Positions 36,643 through 50,063 of a stretch of 64,000 nucleotides of DNA are shown piece after piece. Every line of letters starts with the position of its first letter. Position 1 is the stretch's first letter. Position numbers and translations under genes: made by a program. This DNA comes from Guillardia theta CCMP2712 (lineage: Eukaryota; Protista; Cryptophyta), in the NCBI RefSeq assembly GCF_000315625.1, contig NW_005434624.1:53414-117413 (forward strand), read 5' to 3'. The notes beneath the pieces were generated by a model. It was not told the DNA's origin. It saw only the letters and a program-made list of their open reading frames with translations, and did no database searches.

Positions 36643-37056
36643 GATGTTCCCTTTCCATCATTCATCTGCCACACGAGAGTTTATTTCCTTTCTAAAATGG
36701 ATGTGAAAGGAGGGCGAAGTGATGGGATCAAATCTGGATTATTTTTTCTTGGCTGTCACAGTGCTACATCTTGACAAGTGTTGTCACGCAAGAAGATGAA
36801 AGTTACAAAATCACAGTTTAAAAAATCTAACACAATGGAGAATTCGTCTGCGTTTACAACAAGAGAAGCTGGTTCGCTCACTGGTATCGAACGAACCTCA
36901 TTCTCAGTGTTGCTCTGGTCCTCATATCATTCTTGATGCCTCAAACATAGCACTGGTCTTCTTCCGCTATCCAACTCACATCTGTTGTAGTCAGTCACTC
37001 TCCCCGTTCGCACATCAGCACAGCTCCCTCACCCTAAATATCCACCTGCACCTGGT

Positions 37057-37610
37057 TCATGATTGTATGGGAATCGAAGCAGTGAACAGGATCGTGATCA
37101 GGGTAACCAGCAGCACGCCAGAAAGCGCCTGGGGCACATCCATCACTCTACAGCATGTCATCACATCAGACATTGCACCAGCGGCCCGTAAGGCTCGTCG
37201 ACATACGCAGCATATGCTCCGGGCTCAATGGAACGAATGTTTCTCCTCCTCCAGAAGAACGTGTACACTGCAAGCGATCAACCAGCAAATTCGTCAAGAC
37301 TCCGCTTAACCCCAGAATCAGAGATGCATCTTACTTGCATAGAGAGAGAAGACAATCGAGCAGAGCACGAGAACAGTAGAAACTACAAGCATGGACGATC
37401 GATGCGCTCCCGGGGCATCTCGTCCACTGACAGCTGAGATCAAGGATGACACCGACCCCAGGGTAACACCCCTGCCACTCCCTGTCAAGACGAGCCCGAC
37501 ACCCTCCCATCCCATCAAACTTACATGTGCAGCCAGTGAATGTAATTTCGCTCGTTCGCAAAGAAGTCCTTGTGCAGTCGCATGGCGGGCGGCAGGGAAC
37601 TGTCCGACAT
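37057..37610 (-). CDS. VTC1: VTC1-like (DUF202) vacuolar transporter chaperone subunit, 4 exons
   Basis: Spliced: MSDSSLPPAMRLHKDFFANERNYIHWLHMGVTLGS...VLVLCSIVFSLYAMYTFFWRRRNIR...LSGVLLVTLITILF, matching the FFANERTFLxWL and YALxTYxWR motifs with three TM segments. Not captured as one ORF in the track. Confidence 0.8.
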
Positions 37611-38997
37611 CTGCCGAGCAAGCTCACCCACGACTCACCCACGACCTTGATCGAGTTTGAATGGGAGCAGCAAGAAAAGGAGACGAGAGAAGGTCACCGA
37701 ATGTAGACAGACACTTGTAGCATTGCAACGATGCTAATTCAATGAAATCCTTTCTCAACTCTGCACTACTCTGGTCTGCAACCCTCACATTCACATGCGC
37801 CTGTCTGCAATGTTCTGTCTGTCTCTCTTGCTTGAGAGCAAAGGTGAGTAATAGTGTACGGCATGTCAAGACGATGCTCATCCGATTTGGCCGCACCCTC
37901 TTTGGTTTCCGAACGCGCGTTTGTCTGCTCTTTCTAATGTCATCCAGCCCCAACCTATTCGACAATCCTCTCCTCCTCCTCACCTGTCTCCCTCCGAACC
38001 CGCCCGCCCCCTACGCCCCCTTGCCTCATGTCTCTCCCCTCGTCTTTATCCTGCATTCTCTAGCATTTCAGGTCGCCTGCTGCCTCTCCTCGTCTCTTGC
38101 TCCTCCGCATTCCCTCCCTTTCCCTCCCATTCTGCCATCTTGCTCTGCCTCGATAGCATAGGGGACTCAAAGGGGTGGGGGTTGCAAGTGAACGGGTAGT
38201 ATCTATAGCCAAAGGGGTACAATCATCAGAAATTTTGGGGGTGGGGTATCAAATCCCCTGCTAGATAGTAGGGGGTGTACTGCCATATAAATTTCGACTC
38301 TATTGTAATATTATACTGTAAATTTCAATTTGAAAGACACATATCGAAAAGAATTTGAGGGTGGACTTGCACAACGCCCGCTCGTGTAAGCCATTTATTG
38401 GTTAAATGTCTAATCAAAATAAGACATAAAATGTTAAAATAACATATTAACAGACTAAAGCAACACTACGCCCCTTGGATGGCGCGGCGCCGCCCGGCAC
38501 CGTAACTGGAGTTAAAAAGTTCGACGGATTTCTGCCTTTTCTCTTTGAAGTTTGACAATGATCTGCCGGGCGGCCGGCGGCGCCGGGCGGCACTGAGCCG
38601 GCCCCTCGGTCACCTCACGGTTGCGCTCAGCTTGTATAGGCTTGCGGATCGCTCGGCAAACAAGGGAACGGCCGGGCCGCGGGCTGCGGCTGGACGCCGG
38701 GCCCTGAGCCGCCGGCAGTGGGCCGCCGCCGCGCCGCGGGCGACCGTCGGACGGTCACGCGGGCCGCCCCGTGATGGTTTGAGTAAAACTTCCGGGAGCT
38801 CACTGAGACTCTGAGAGGCGGAACCTCACGGAGTCCCGAGTCGCCGGGCCTTCGGCGGCGAGCTGGAGTCAGTTCCGGCGGGCCATGAGCCTGTGAGTCT
38901 AGGCTGAGCGCCGGTCAACGGTGCAAGTGCCCAGAGAGTTTATTTAGTCAAGTGTAGCTTGGGTGGTAGCTTGGCGATCGATTCTTTCATCCCCCGC

Positions 38998-40825
38998 CTA
39001 CACGATGCAAGTCAACGACCGTGGACGAGAGTTGCTGACAAACGTCACTGACCATGGATCCATGAAGGGCCGTCGCTCTCTCGCCATGAATGAAGCTAGA
39101 AATTCCTCCTTCTCTCTCGTCATCTTGCCCTTGAAGTAAGCTCGCCAGCCGACGTGCCTCGAGCACCCCTCTCCCCTCTTCTCCTGCACCATGCTTGCCG
39201 TCGGTGTGACGACGCACAATCTTTCACTCCCATCCACGTCCTTCTCGATCCACATCGGAGCCTCGAACTTCTCCTTGAGGATATTTACGCACGTCTGAGG
39301 ACAGGCCTACATCACAAGCAGCTGCAGCTTTCAGTAGTCACCTTAAACTGCTCGATGTTGAGCGTGCTCTTGTCCCCGGAGCTCGTTTCTGTTCTTCTCG
39401 ATGCCAACTTGAACGCCATGGCGGCTGCTGACTTGCTGAGCCTCTCAGCCTGCTGATCCTGATGGCTCAGCACTGCCAGCGTCCCCAGCCCTCCGAGCTT
39501 CTTCTGCACCTGCTCGTCCTGCGACAGCCAGAACTCTTCAGGGGGCAGGAGGCCACCAGTGTTTCTGAGGAGCGCAAAGAAGGAGACTAGGCTCATGCCC
39601 TCATGGGATGAGTTCAACCTGTTGGGCTCCGCGAAGTGTCTGCCTTCCGCAAAATACTTGAAATGGTCTTGGAGGGGGAATCGGAGCACGTAGGTAGCTC
39701 CCATGCTCAACCTCTCGCGGTTTCCAGCTTCGTCCACTTGAAACTTCCGGTGCGGGAGCGACGCAGGGAGCGGGTTGAGCATGTCGTGGCTGCGGTGGGA
39801 GGGCTCTTGGGGGACAACATGGAAGATCCGCTCCTCGGCCCCACCTGGTTTGAACGAGAGCTTCGTCACACCCTTGACGACCTGATGCCCGAGCAGGGAG
39901 GGGGGAGCGCTCTCCGGTCGTCTGAGGAAGTGATGCAGGTCCTCGTGCTGCATGCTGTTCGGCCTCATCAGACAGCGGATACACAGGAGGCATGAGACTT
40001 GCCTCCTCGCCTTCTCGTCGCTATCGACGGAGCTCTCGCTCGTCTCAGGTGACTTGGCAGCGTCTGCTTAGCAGCTCAACAAGATGCGGTGAAGGAGGAG
40101 GATGATTCAGAACAGAGAAGAAAAGAGGAGACACCTTTCTTGTGCTGCCCTGATGACAGGCGACTCCTAGAGCATCTGACATGCTGGTCACTCCTCGCTC
40201 AGGGACGCAGGTTAGCTCACAGTTTGAGCTTGCGCGAGGCCGTGTATGAGGTCGATTTAGACAGGAAAGGAATGTAGTCGGACGATGCTTCAGGACCAAG
40301 GGGGTACCCCTCTGCCGATCGACAACGTCGGAAGAGATCAACGACAGAGCCAGGTCGCTTCCTAGCGTTCTCAATGTCTCGCTTGACCTCCAAGATCTTC
40401 TGCTCAATCATCTCAAGCTCGCTACGTGGAGGCGCGAGCTTCAACACAATCAGGGCATGTCAGGTCAGCACACAACCACCTTGTCTTTGTCCAGCATTAG
40501 GGCCTCGCTAGGATCCCACGACACTTCCTCCGCATCCTTTTGCATCGACCAAGGTTCACCGTTGAGGATCTTGAGTTGGCGTTGAAGCCGGTGCAACGTC
40601 TGCCTCAGCCTGTTGCATGTTTCAGCACCTCGCGATGTCAGGGGTGAAAACCCTCTCGTTCATCGAGTTTTCGTCACTGCCTTGCTCTCTGTCACTTGCT
40701 TGCTCTCTCCATCTCGTTTCCGTCTCCTCTCTCAAGCTCAGACTTTCGCTCGCTCGCTCGCTCCCTCGCTCCCTCTCGCTTCACCTCTCTATGTTTGTTG
40801 CCGGCGGACGATATTTCATCGCCAT
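38998..40825 (-). CDS. Hypothetical protein with a C-terminal p25-alpha/TPPP-like (EF-hand-like) region, multi-exon
   Basis: HFKYFAEG...MSLVSFFALLRNTG...LSKSAAAMAFKLAS...LNIEQFKTCVNILKEK resembles the p25-alpha pattern. Exons are joined by short GT-AG introns. Confidence 0.45.
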
Positions 40826-41410
40826 GTCTTGTGACTATCAAGTACCCCACTCCTTCTACGAGGTCACTTCATTCACCCCACCCCCCTTTTCAGGTTTTTA
40901 CTACCCCGTAATTATATATAGAGAACGAGCAACTTCACTACCCCACCCTAAGAGGTTCGATCAAACGGCTGTCAAGCCAGTAAAATGAAACTGGAAGATG
41001 CGACGGAGGGGAAGGAGATGGAGTGCGAGAGGAAGCGGATGGGGAACAGGGAGGGAGCGAAGGAGGAGGAGAAGGAGACTCAGAGGAGGAGCAAGTGGGC
41101 AGATTAGCAATGGATGGGATGGCGCTAGGCCATTCAGATAGCAACAAAAAGTCATGGAGGGTTGACGAGAACTAGTAGCTACAAGAGCGGAAATGGAAGA
41201 AGACTGGAAGAGGTATCAGAGGACGAGAACTGTTGAACTAGATGGTACGGATATTGAGGAATGCAAACCCAACTGATCATGTGCGTGAAAGATCCTCTTC
41301 TGGTTATCAAATCTCTTGCATTCAGTGTGAAATGTGATCCTAAACCGACCTGAATCGTTCGCAGCAAACCACCGACATGACAGCTGTGTGATTGTAGCGA
41401 AGTCTCCAGC

Positions 41411-42015
41411 ATGCTGGAAGGGAGCAAAGAGAGTGGAGAAGAGCTGTTGGAGGACGAGGGCCTGCATGATTGGAGGAGCTTCTCGGACTCCCAGGGGTTT
41501 GACATCCTCAGAGTCGATAGTAGTGCTCATGGTGAGGAGGTCGAGGAGGTCGAGGAATGGAAGCAGCAGCAGCAGCATCATCATCATCATCATCATCATC
41601 AGCAGCAGCAAGAGCAGGAGGCAAGCGCTGTGGTTCGAAGACCACAAGAGCGACCGAGGAAGCATCTCCGGCAAGTGCGAATGCAGCAAGTCTCCTTGTC
41701 TCCTCGCGGAGTTCAGCACATCCGGCGGGGCAACGTGCATGCGCGAGGACGAGGAAGGCTGGGAACGAAGGCTGGTCAAAGGTCAGCGAGGACAGCAGGG
41801 CTTGAAGAGGTAGAGCGTCGCTTCGGAGCTGACGATCGACGGTCCCTCCCTCCCCCTACCTTGCTGTTGGTGATGTAGCAGTGTCAGATGCTCGAGGAGA
41901 GAGGTCGAGATTGTCGACCTGCTCGGCTCTTGCCTGAGCTCCTGCTTGACTCCTGCTGGACCTGCAGCGCTGCCAACCATCAGGTCAGACACGAGAGGGA
42001 GGGGAAGGGAAGGGC

Positions 42016-42076
<61 letters not shown>

Positions 42077-42242
42077 GTGGAGGTGTGATGCCGATATGAC
42101 ACTGATGATGACGCTGATGATGGAGATGATGATCATGATGATGGGAGATGATGATGATGATGATGGAGATGATGATGATGATGGAAATGATGATGATGGA
42201 AATGATGATGATGCCAATGATGATGATGGAAATGATGATGAC

Positions 42243-42298
<56 letters not shown>

Positions 42299-42955
42299 GG
42301 AGGAGGAGGAGGTGGAGGAGGAGGAGGAGGAGGTGGTGGTGGTGGTGGTGGTGGTGGAGGAGGAGGTGGTGGAGAATTGGGCATGCAGAGCATTAGAAGT
42401 TTTACGGCAAGGGAGAGAGTTGTTGACGGGTTGGGGGAGGTAGCGGGAGTGAAGAGGAGAATCGAGACAGTGATGTTGGATAAGCCCCAGGCTTGGTGTC
42501 ATTCTCTCGAGCAAGAGCACAAGTCTGCACAAGATGGGGAAGGGTACTCCTCGCATGGAGGCGCGTCAGTCAGACAGGAACGTGCCTCCTCTTGATTGGG
42601 TCTGACCTCCTGCTCATTGCTGTGCCACTTGCTGACCAGGATGGCGGCAAAGGTGCGCAGCAGCTGCCTGAACGCCATCTATGAGTTTGAGAGGGAAGGA
42701 GGAGGAGGGTTGCGGAGCGGGAGGTACGTCACGAAGCAGGTTGAGGAGCAGATGCGAGCCATCACGCGGAGGAAGACGCCTCCCCCAGGCGTGAAGGACA
42801 AGGTAGAGGTGGAGGGGACCGAGGAGGAGACGATGACGCTAAAGCAGCGGCTGAGCGCGATGACGGGGGTACCATGGGAGCTGATGAAGATGAAGAACAC
42901 CAGCAGCAGCAAGGCAGGACGCGAGGGAAGGCAATTTTCATCAGAAAATTTATGA
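41411..42955 (+). CDS. Hypothetical protein, multi-exon (boundaries uncertain)
   Basis: Coding-like ORFs 41411..41878 and 42596..42955 with splice-like junctions; no recognisable domain. Confidence 0.35.
42017..42372 (+). repeat. (GAT)n/(GGA)n/(GGT)n microsatellite
   Basis: Long trinucleotide runs, probably intronic. Confidence 0.9.
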
Positions 42956-43073
42956 AATGAAGATACGAGGAGAGGTGGGCTAGGGTGAAACATCTACGTC
43001 CGAGGAGGCAGTCCATGCGGACAAGCACTCTTACTTGCTAGGTCATGTCAATAGCTTACACGAGACGTCAAGC

Positions 43074-45378
43074 TCAGATCATGCTCTTCGCCTGCTCCAC
43101 GATCAATTGCTCCTCCTCCTCCTCCTCCTCCTCCTCTCACCTTCGCTAGGATGGAGTCCGCATCATATCCCTGGTGGTACGCATGCTCCCACAATCCACC
43201 GCAGCCCTGTCAGTCAAGTCACTAACATCTTCCAACGAGGGGACCAAGGTAGGGGGAGGGAGAGGCAGCGTTGGGGGAGGTACGAGAGGCAAGAGAGGTC
43301 GAGCACGGGAGGAGGGAGAAGAGGGAGGGAGGAGGGAAACGTCACCTCGCGAGTGGAGCCGATGTAGCCGTACTTGGGCGAGAGGCCTCGCTCGAGCAAC
43401 CAGGTGCCGAAGCGAACGCCAAGGCCAGTCTTGCGGTTGAGAGGCTCGACGACGAGGACGAAGCCGGTCTTTCCGATGAGCTGCATGCACTCGTCGTCCA
43501 CCACGTTGAGCGTGCACTTGTTGATCAGACCCACGTCCACTCCCTCCGCCCTCAGACGCTCCACCGCGTCCAAGCTGCGGTACAGCGAGTCACCGTACGA
43601 CACGATGTATCCCTTGGTTCCCTTGCGGATCACGTCATCCTTGCCGGGCACGAACGTGTAGCCCTCTCCAAACATCTCCTTGCCCTGCTCGTCCTGGATC
43701 GCCGGCAGCTTGGAGCGAGTGGTGAAGATGCAGCGGATGCCATGATCCCAGAACACAGCCGGAACCACCTTGAGCAGCTGGTGGTAGTCAGCTGGGAAGT
43801 AGAGCCTGGTGGTCTCGTGCTCGTCGAGCCCGTTGTCCGCAAAGAAGTTGTTGAGGCCGTAGTGGCAGGAGTTGTCCGCCATGTCGTCGACGCCGCTGTG
43901 CGAGAAGTGGCAGAGGACGTTGGAGTGGTTGAGCCTCGCCATGGTCATCTCCGACACGCACATCTCGAGGAAGGCAGCGAACGTCGAGAAGATCGCCTGC
44001 TTGCTCTTGTCCATGCCGAACCCGGCGGCGGCCTGGAAGTTTCCGCGCTCCATGATGCCCGACTGGACGAAAATGTCGGGGAACTGCTGGTGGATCACCT
44101 TGAGCCCCGTCGAGCCCTCCAGGTCCGAGTCGATGCACATCACTTTCTGCTTCCTCTCCTCTGGCGACATCGCCGCAAGGATCTTGCACACCTGAGCCCT
44201 TTCGTCACTACCTCCGCTCCTCCTCCTCCTCCTCCTCCTCCTCCTCTCACCGCATTTCCAAACTCCGCGCGGTTGGCCCCTACGGACGATCCCTGAGTTC
44301 CCATGTAGGTCCCGGCCCTGGGGTCCTTCTCGGCCTTGGTGGCAGGGCCCTGGAGCCACTGGACCGCCTCCTTGTAGCCCTTCTTCTCGAGGTACGTGAT
44401 GGCCTTGGCGACGGCGATGGCGTCATGCCCGTGGCAGGTTCCCTCCACTCCCTCCACGCCAGGGCACATCTTGCGCTTGGCCACGACGGCGACGGGCCCA
44501 TCCTTGAGTACCGCAGCTCTCATCGCCTTGTACAGCGCGTCCAGGTCCTCCCCGTCACAGACAGCGCAGGTCATGCCATGGCCCTCCAGCGTCTTCTCCA
44601 CGTTGTAGCCCTTGAGGTAGTCCTGCGGATGTCCGGCGATCGTCACGTTGTTGTCGTCGACGATGAGCTGCCGGTCTAGTCAGTCTCGTCTCCGCACCCC
44701 CGGGGCCTCACCTTGACGTTGATGTCCCTTGCTGCCGCCAACCTCGCTGCCTCAGCGTCGTTGCCCTCCTGCTGCGCTCCGTCCGACGCCAGGCACCACA
44801 CGATCTTGTCGGGGTTCGCCATGCCAACTCCGTTGACCATGGGCCACATCTGCCCAAGCCTTCCCGAGCTGAACTTGACGCCGGGGGTGCAGTGAAGCTC
44901 TGGATGGCCGGGGAGACCCGCGTGACCGACGCGGTACTTCTTGAGGTGAGCAAAGGTGACATGCCCGTCGAGCGCTGAGAGCAGATACTGCGTGGCGACG
45001 CGATGACCGGCCTCATCGAAGTAGATGGGGACGAACTTGTCCGGCCTGTTGGGAATAACTGACGTGTCAGAACTTCACCGGGATCTGGAAGGATGCGGGA
45101 GGGAGGGAAGGATGCCAGAGGTCGGGTGCGGCGACTTGCCTGGCATTGAAGAAGGACCGCAGGAGCATAACTTCGGGCATGGTGTCAAACGCTCCTCCCG
45201 TGTGGCCTCCGTACCCTGAAGCGGACCCGCAGGCAGTGAAGAAGATGACAGCGTCGCGGCAGAGCTCGATGTTGGCGAGGATGTCAGCCTTGATATCTGC
45301 TGGGATGCTCTCGTGCTGCCAAGGGTCGAGCTTGACCTCCTTGAACTTGCTCATGTCAATTTCGAAGCCTTCAGTCAT
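43074..45378 (-). CDS. Transketolase-like thiamine-diphosphate enzyme (atypical class), 6 exons
   Basis: GGHTGG, DEAGHR, LPGHPE, SSGRLG, ThDP motif SDGAQQEG...DDNN, GIMER, FSTFAAF and HSGVDDMADNSCH, followed by a C-terminal transketolase domain. Includes a GC-AG intron at 45046-45139. Confidence 0.88.
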
Positions 45379-47105
45379 CTTGTCGGTTCTGGACCAGCTC
45401 TCACTCAGCAACTTCCTCTCTCCCCACAACCTTGAGGTACCTTGCGATGGGGGGGGGATCAACAAGATGTCTCTAGTAGGCAAGAGGTCTCGGAGCCTGC
45501 AGACATCATGAGAATCGGCAAATTGGTCTCAGAAGCACTTCAAGACAAGGAGGTTGAGACTGGTACACACTACGCCTCCTTCACCTCCCATCCATACTTG
45601 CTTACATCATCCTTCATCCTCTCACCGGGCACTACCAGGTCAACGAGCTTCCTTGTCATCCTCCTTCCATTAATCTCCATTCAGTCGCCTCCTCATCACT
45701 CTCCTTCGAGATCACGCTCCTCCCTGCCTCCCAACTGACTCGACTACGTATGTAAACCGCAATCGTATCCCCCTTGTTGTATGCTCCTGTCCCAACCAAC
45801 TGCCATCCTGTCTCAGATCTAACAGTGTATCTAGACACGTTCTACCTTTCCAAACACCCGTGAGATCAATCCTCACCGTGCCTTAATCATGAACACATCG
45901 AGAATATGAAAGGAGATGGTAGTCCACGATTCTCTTCAGACTCTCTCCAGGACCTTCTCAGGTTATCCATGGCTGTTATCTCCATCCTAATGCTCATCTA
46001 CAATCACTTTCGTCTTTCTCTTCTTTGCATTTCCTACTCTGACTTTATCTATCAATCCACTCAATCTCTCCCGCACACGCCTTCCACATTCCCAATGTCT
46101 TTTGATTCTTCGTTCCACGTCTCTGATGTCTTCTCTTCTGATTCTCTTGGAAGGCGAATCTCAACTGCAATCCTCCGCTATATTCTACCTTCCCTCTCCC
46201 TCTCCCTCTCCCTCTCCTCCTCCTCCTCCTCCTCCTCCTCCTCCTCTTCCACTCTCATCGCATTTCTCTTTTTTGCATCATCGCACTGCACTCGTGCGAC
46301 CCCTACGGGTGCCAACCCTACCCCTTGTGTTCACATACCCACACTGTTGACATCAGACCCCCCCACATTTATGTCCATTATGATTTCCATAGGAAATGGC
46401 TCATTTTGTACGCTGCAAAGGACCGGTGTATTTCCATATGTCAGGGATATACCCCTGAAATCATAAGATGACCCCTGTGTTCATACACCCCTACCCCGTT
46501 CTACATGTCTCTCTTTTCATAGGAGGCCGAGAGAAGAGGTGTTAGCAAGCTAGGGTAGGGGTATTAAAGTACCGGTACTTATACATAAATATTGACCACA
46601 GAATACCGGGTACACCAAATTTTCAGGGGGTACCATGCCCCGAGTGGTAGCAAGGGAAATGACCCTGTGGAGGCGTATAGGGCCCAGGGATGGTAGGGGT
46701 TGGAAAGATGGAAAAAGAAGGGTAGGGGGTAGGAAGTAAAGGGGCATGGAGTACCACGGGTGGTGTATATCTGACATGAAAAGGGGGTGGGTGTACACAG
46801 TCAGGAATGATTTGTTTGTAGGTGTGAGTACCTGCAAGAAGTACGTTATAGTCAAAGGGTAGGGTAAAAGGTAGTTCATGGACGGGTAGGGGCGACCCAG
46901 AAACACGTGTAAGTGGGGTGGGTTCCAATTTTCTGAGGGTAGGGTTATTTTCATGGGGTGGGTCTCCGGAAATAGAGACATGAGGGTAGTCACTCGGAGA
47001 CTCCCGAGCCGGCCCGGGCCCGGAGCCGTCAACTTAGTTAAGTAAAAGGTTTAGTTACTCCACAAAAGTTTTCACTCCTTGCAAACTTGAGATTGGAATT
47101 GGTAT

Positions 47106-47183
47106 GGAGGAGGAGGAGGAGGAGGAGGAGGAGGAGGAGGAGGAGGAGGAGGAGGAGGAGGAGGAGGAGGAGGAGGAGGAGGA
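47106..47183 (+). repeat. (GGA)n microsatellite
   Basis: About 26 perfect GGA units. Confidence 0.95.
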
Positions 47184-47283
47184 TACAAACTGAGGGGAAG
47201 GAGAACCTCTTCATGCACAGAGGGTTCGTCTCTTACGTCGCAACCGCAGGTTTAATGACTTAGCGCAACGTGGTAGACCGACC

Positions 47284-49958
47284 ATGAGCGCAAGGACAAC
47301 GCTCTGTGCCTTCTGCACCCTCCTGTTTGTGGTCATACACTACTACCCTGTCCTGTGCAGTCATGGTAAAAGCTTCATGGACACTGCTAATGTCTGACTT
47401 GGCGTTGTAGAGGGTCAAGAACCATACGTGCATATCATCCGACCTCGTATGCCTGCCTGCCTCCCCCTGCCTGCCTGCCTGCCTGCCCTGCCTCCCTCCC
47501 TGCCTCCCTCCCTTTCCCTTCCCGTCTCTCTTTCTCTATCTCCATCTCCCTCTTCCCCTTCGTTTCTCGTCACCCCCCTTCTTCTCCATCTCTTCATCTG
47601 CCTCTTTCCTCGTCTCTTTCCTTCTACCTCCATCCTCCTTCCCTTCTGCCGACCCCTGAGGTCTGTTGGCAGAGGGCGACATCTGCATGCTCGAGGAGGA
47701 CGGGGGCCTCCTCGTGGAGATTCAAATCTTCAGGTGGTATGAAGGCAGACTGCGGGTCCGAGTCAACGGAACGTCCTTGGCGGATATGACAGAAGGACAC
47801 CTGCATGGTGAGGAGGGGAGGAGGGGAGGGGAGGAGGGGAGGGGAGGAGGAGGAGGAGGAGGAGAGGGGAGAGCAAGGGAGAAGAAGAGAAGGGGAGGGA
47901 GAGAGTACGGGACAAGAAGAGAAGGGGAGGAGGGGAGGAGGAGAGGAGCTGAAGTCTCCGGGATCAGGAGGTGACGAGGAGGGGATGGAACTGAGGTGGA
48001 CCATGTACGGACTTCGAGCTCCCGACTACTATGTGACCAGCGTTGAATTCTTCGACCTCGATGGTCAAGTCGTGGCTGGCGCGCGGAGGATCTCGATGGT
48101 GGGACCCTTCACGAATCCTTTCCTCGACCCTCCCGAGGTAACGCTCCTCTCCTCTCCTCTCCTCTCCTCTCCTCTCCTCTCCTCTCCTCTCCTCTCCTCT
48201 CCTCTCCTTTTCTCTCCTTTTCTCTCCTCTCCTCTCCTCTCCTTTTCTCTCCTCTCGCACCTTGCACTCCTCTCCTCTCCTCCCCCCATCTCTTACCTCA
48301 TGGCTCGGCCCGTGTTTCTAACTCAGCATCCAAAACCTTATTACGTTGCGTACTCTGATCCTAGTCAGTCTCTGCCTGCTCCTTCCTATATGTTGACTCC
48401 GCCTGTTTCTTTTCCTCCTCCTCCTTCATGCTGACTGTGGATAGCCGGTAATCGTTCAACCCGTGGCGCAAGAACACGCCGAGTATGTCCCTTCTTTCCT
48501 CTCCTCCTCTTCCTCCCCCCCTCGCTCCTTCCTCCTCCCCTCCCTTCTTCCTCTGTGCCTGGCTTTCCGCACAGCTCGATATCGTGTTCTTCTCATATTG
48601 CCTGCTAGCTACCCAACAAGAACTTCTGAACTCGCAACTGTCATCGCCGAGACGAAGGTTTTCCTGCCCTGCCAACTAGTTCTTACTTCCTCCTCCCTCG
48701 CCTCATCCCCCGTGCTTCAAGGGCCAATGCTTCACCCTTCTCTTTCGCATTCTCCCTCCACTCCCTCCATCCTAACTCGTCAGCCACTGTCTCCCCTCCC
48801 TCCTACCTCTCTTGAACCTCTCGCTGTCTCGTCGCTGCTATTGTGTTGCCGCCATCCTCTCACATGGCTTGAAGGATCTGCATGATGTTCGACCAGGACA
48901 AGCGTTTGTGATCCTGATGGGATCGGGGTAAAGCCGATCCCCTCTCTCCTCCCCTCTCCTCCCCTCTCCTCTCCTCTTCTCCCCTCTCCTCTTCTCCCCN
49001 NNNNNNNNNNNNNNNNNNNNNNNNNNNNNNNNNNNNNNNNNNNNNNNNNNNNNNNNNNNNNNNNNNNNNNNNNNNNNNNNNNNNNNNNNNNNNNNNNNNC
49101 TCCTCTCTCTCCACTTCTCCTTTCCTCTCCTCTCCTTTCCTCTCCCTCTCCTTTTCCTCTCCCTCTCCTTTTCCTCTCCCTCTCCCTTCTCCTCTCCCTC
49201 TCCCTTCTCCTCTCCCTCTTCTTCCTCTCTGTCGTCCGCTGAGACTCATCCGTCGCTTCAAGTCTTTCTTCCAAGAGGATTACATCAACGCCTATCTCTA
49301 CTGGCTGGTCAGCTACCAAGAACTCGCCCCCTTCCTCCCTCCCGCCCTCCCGCCTATGTTTCCCCCTGCCTCCCCCTCCTGCCTCCTTTCCTTCTGCACC
49401 CCTCCTGCCTGCCTCCTGCCTCCTGCCTCCTGCCTGTCCCCCTTCTCCCTACTGCTCGTTTTACTCCCCGTCTTCAGGGATTCTTCATGGTCAAACTACC
49501 GCGCAAGTACTGCAACCATCTTGACATCAACTCGATCTCCAGGTCAGCTACCTTCGCCCATCCTGCTCATGCCCTCTATTCTTTCCTTGACTTTCCTCCC
49601 CTCCCCTCTCCCTTCTTTTCTTTCCTCTCGTCTCGCTGATCTGTTCCGATCTTCTCTGCTCTGCCCTGCCTTGCCCCCTCTTCCCTCCACTCCTCCTCCT
49701 CCTCCTCCTCCTCCTCCTCCTCCTCACGTGTTCTGTCAGGCACATGGAGTATCACCAAGAGCACGAGAAGTACAAGTGACAAGTCTCATTCCTCCCTTCA
49801 TTCTCTCTCAGTCCGCACAAGTTGCAACTCGTTCCTCGCAATCAGATTCCCGTCCGCGTCTTCGATCCTGGCCTTCACCAACCTGTACCCATCTCAACCA
49901 CCAGCACCCATCTCAACCACCAACACAAACACCAGCTCTCTCACCAGCTCTCCTCTGA
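47284..49958 (+). CDS. Hypothetical secreted/membrane-anchored protein, possibly a glycosyltransferase; multi-exon, interrupted by a gap
   Basis: Signal-like MSARTTLCAFCTLLFVVIHYYPVLC. Exons include GDICMLEEDGGLLVEIQIF, FQEDYINAY and KLPRKYCN, weakly GT-A-like. Introns are full of CT/GA repeats. Confidence 0.4.
49000..49099. other. Assembly gap (100 N)
   Basis: N run flanked by CT-rich repeats. Confidence 1.
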
Positions 49959-50063
49959 CAAAACCCCCTTGATCTCCGTCTTCGTCCTCCCCTCCTTGCT
50001 TGTGCTCGTACACTCCTCGTATGCCACGTTGACCTCGAACTCGTCCTTGTCTGCACGCAATCG

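Noticed and set aside
41783-42556. Poly-S, poly-D and poly-H ORFs
   Set aside because: Products of (GAT)n/(GGA)n repeats
43271-44296. 341-aa plus-strand ORF
   Set aside because: Antisense shadow of the GC3-rich transketolase gene
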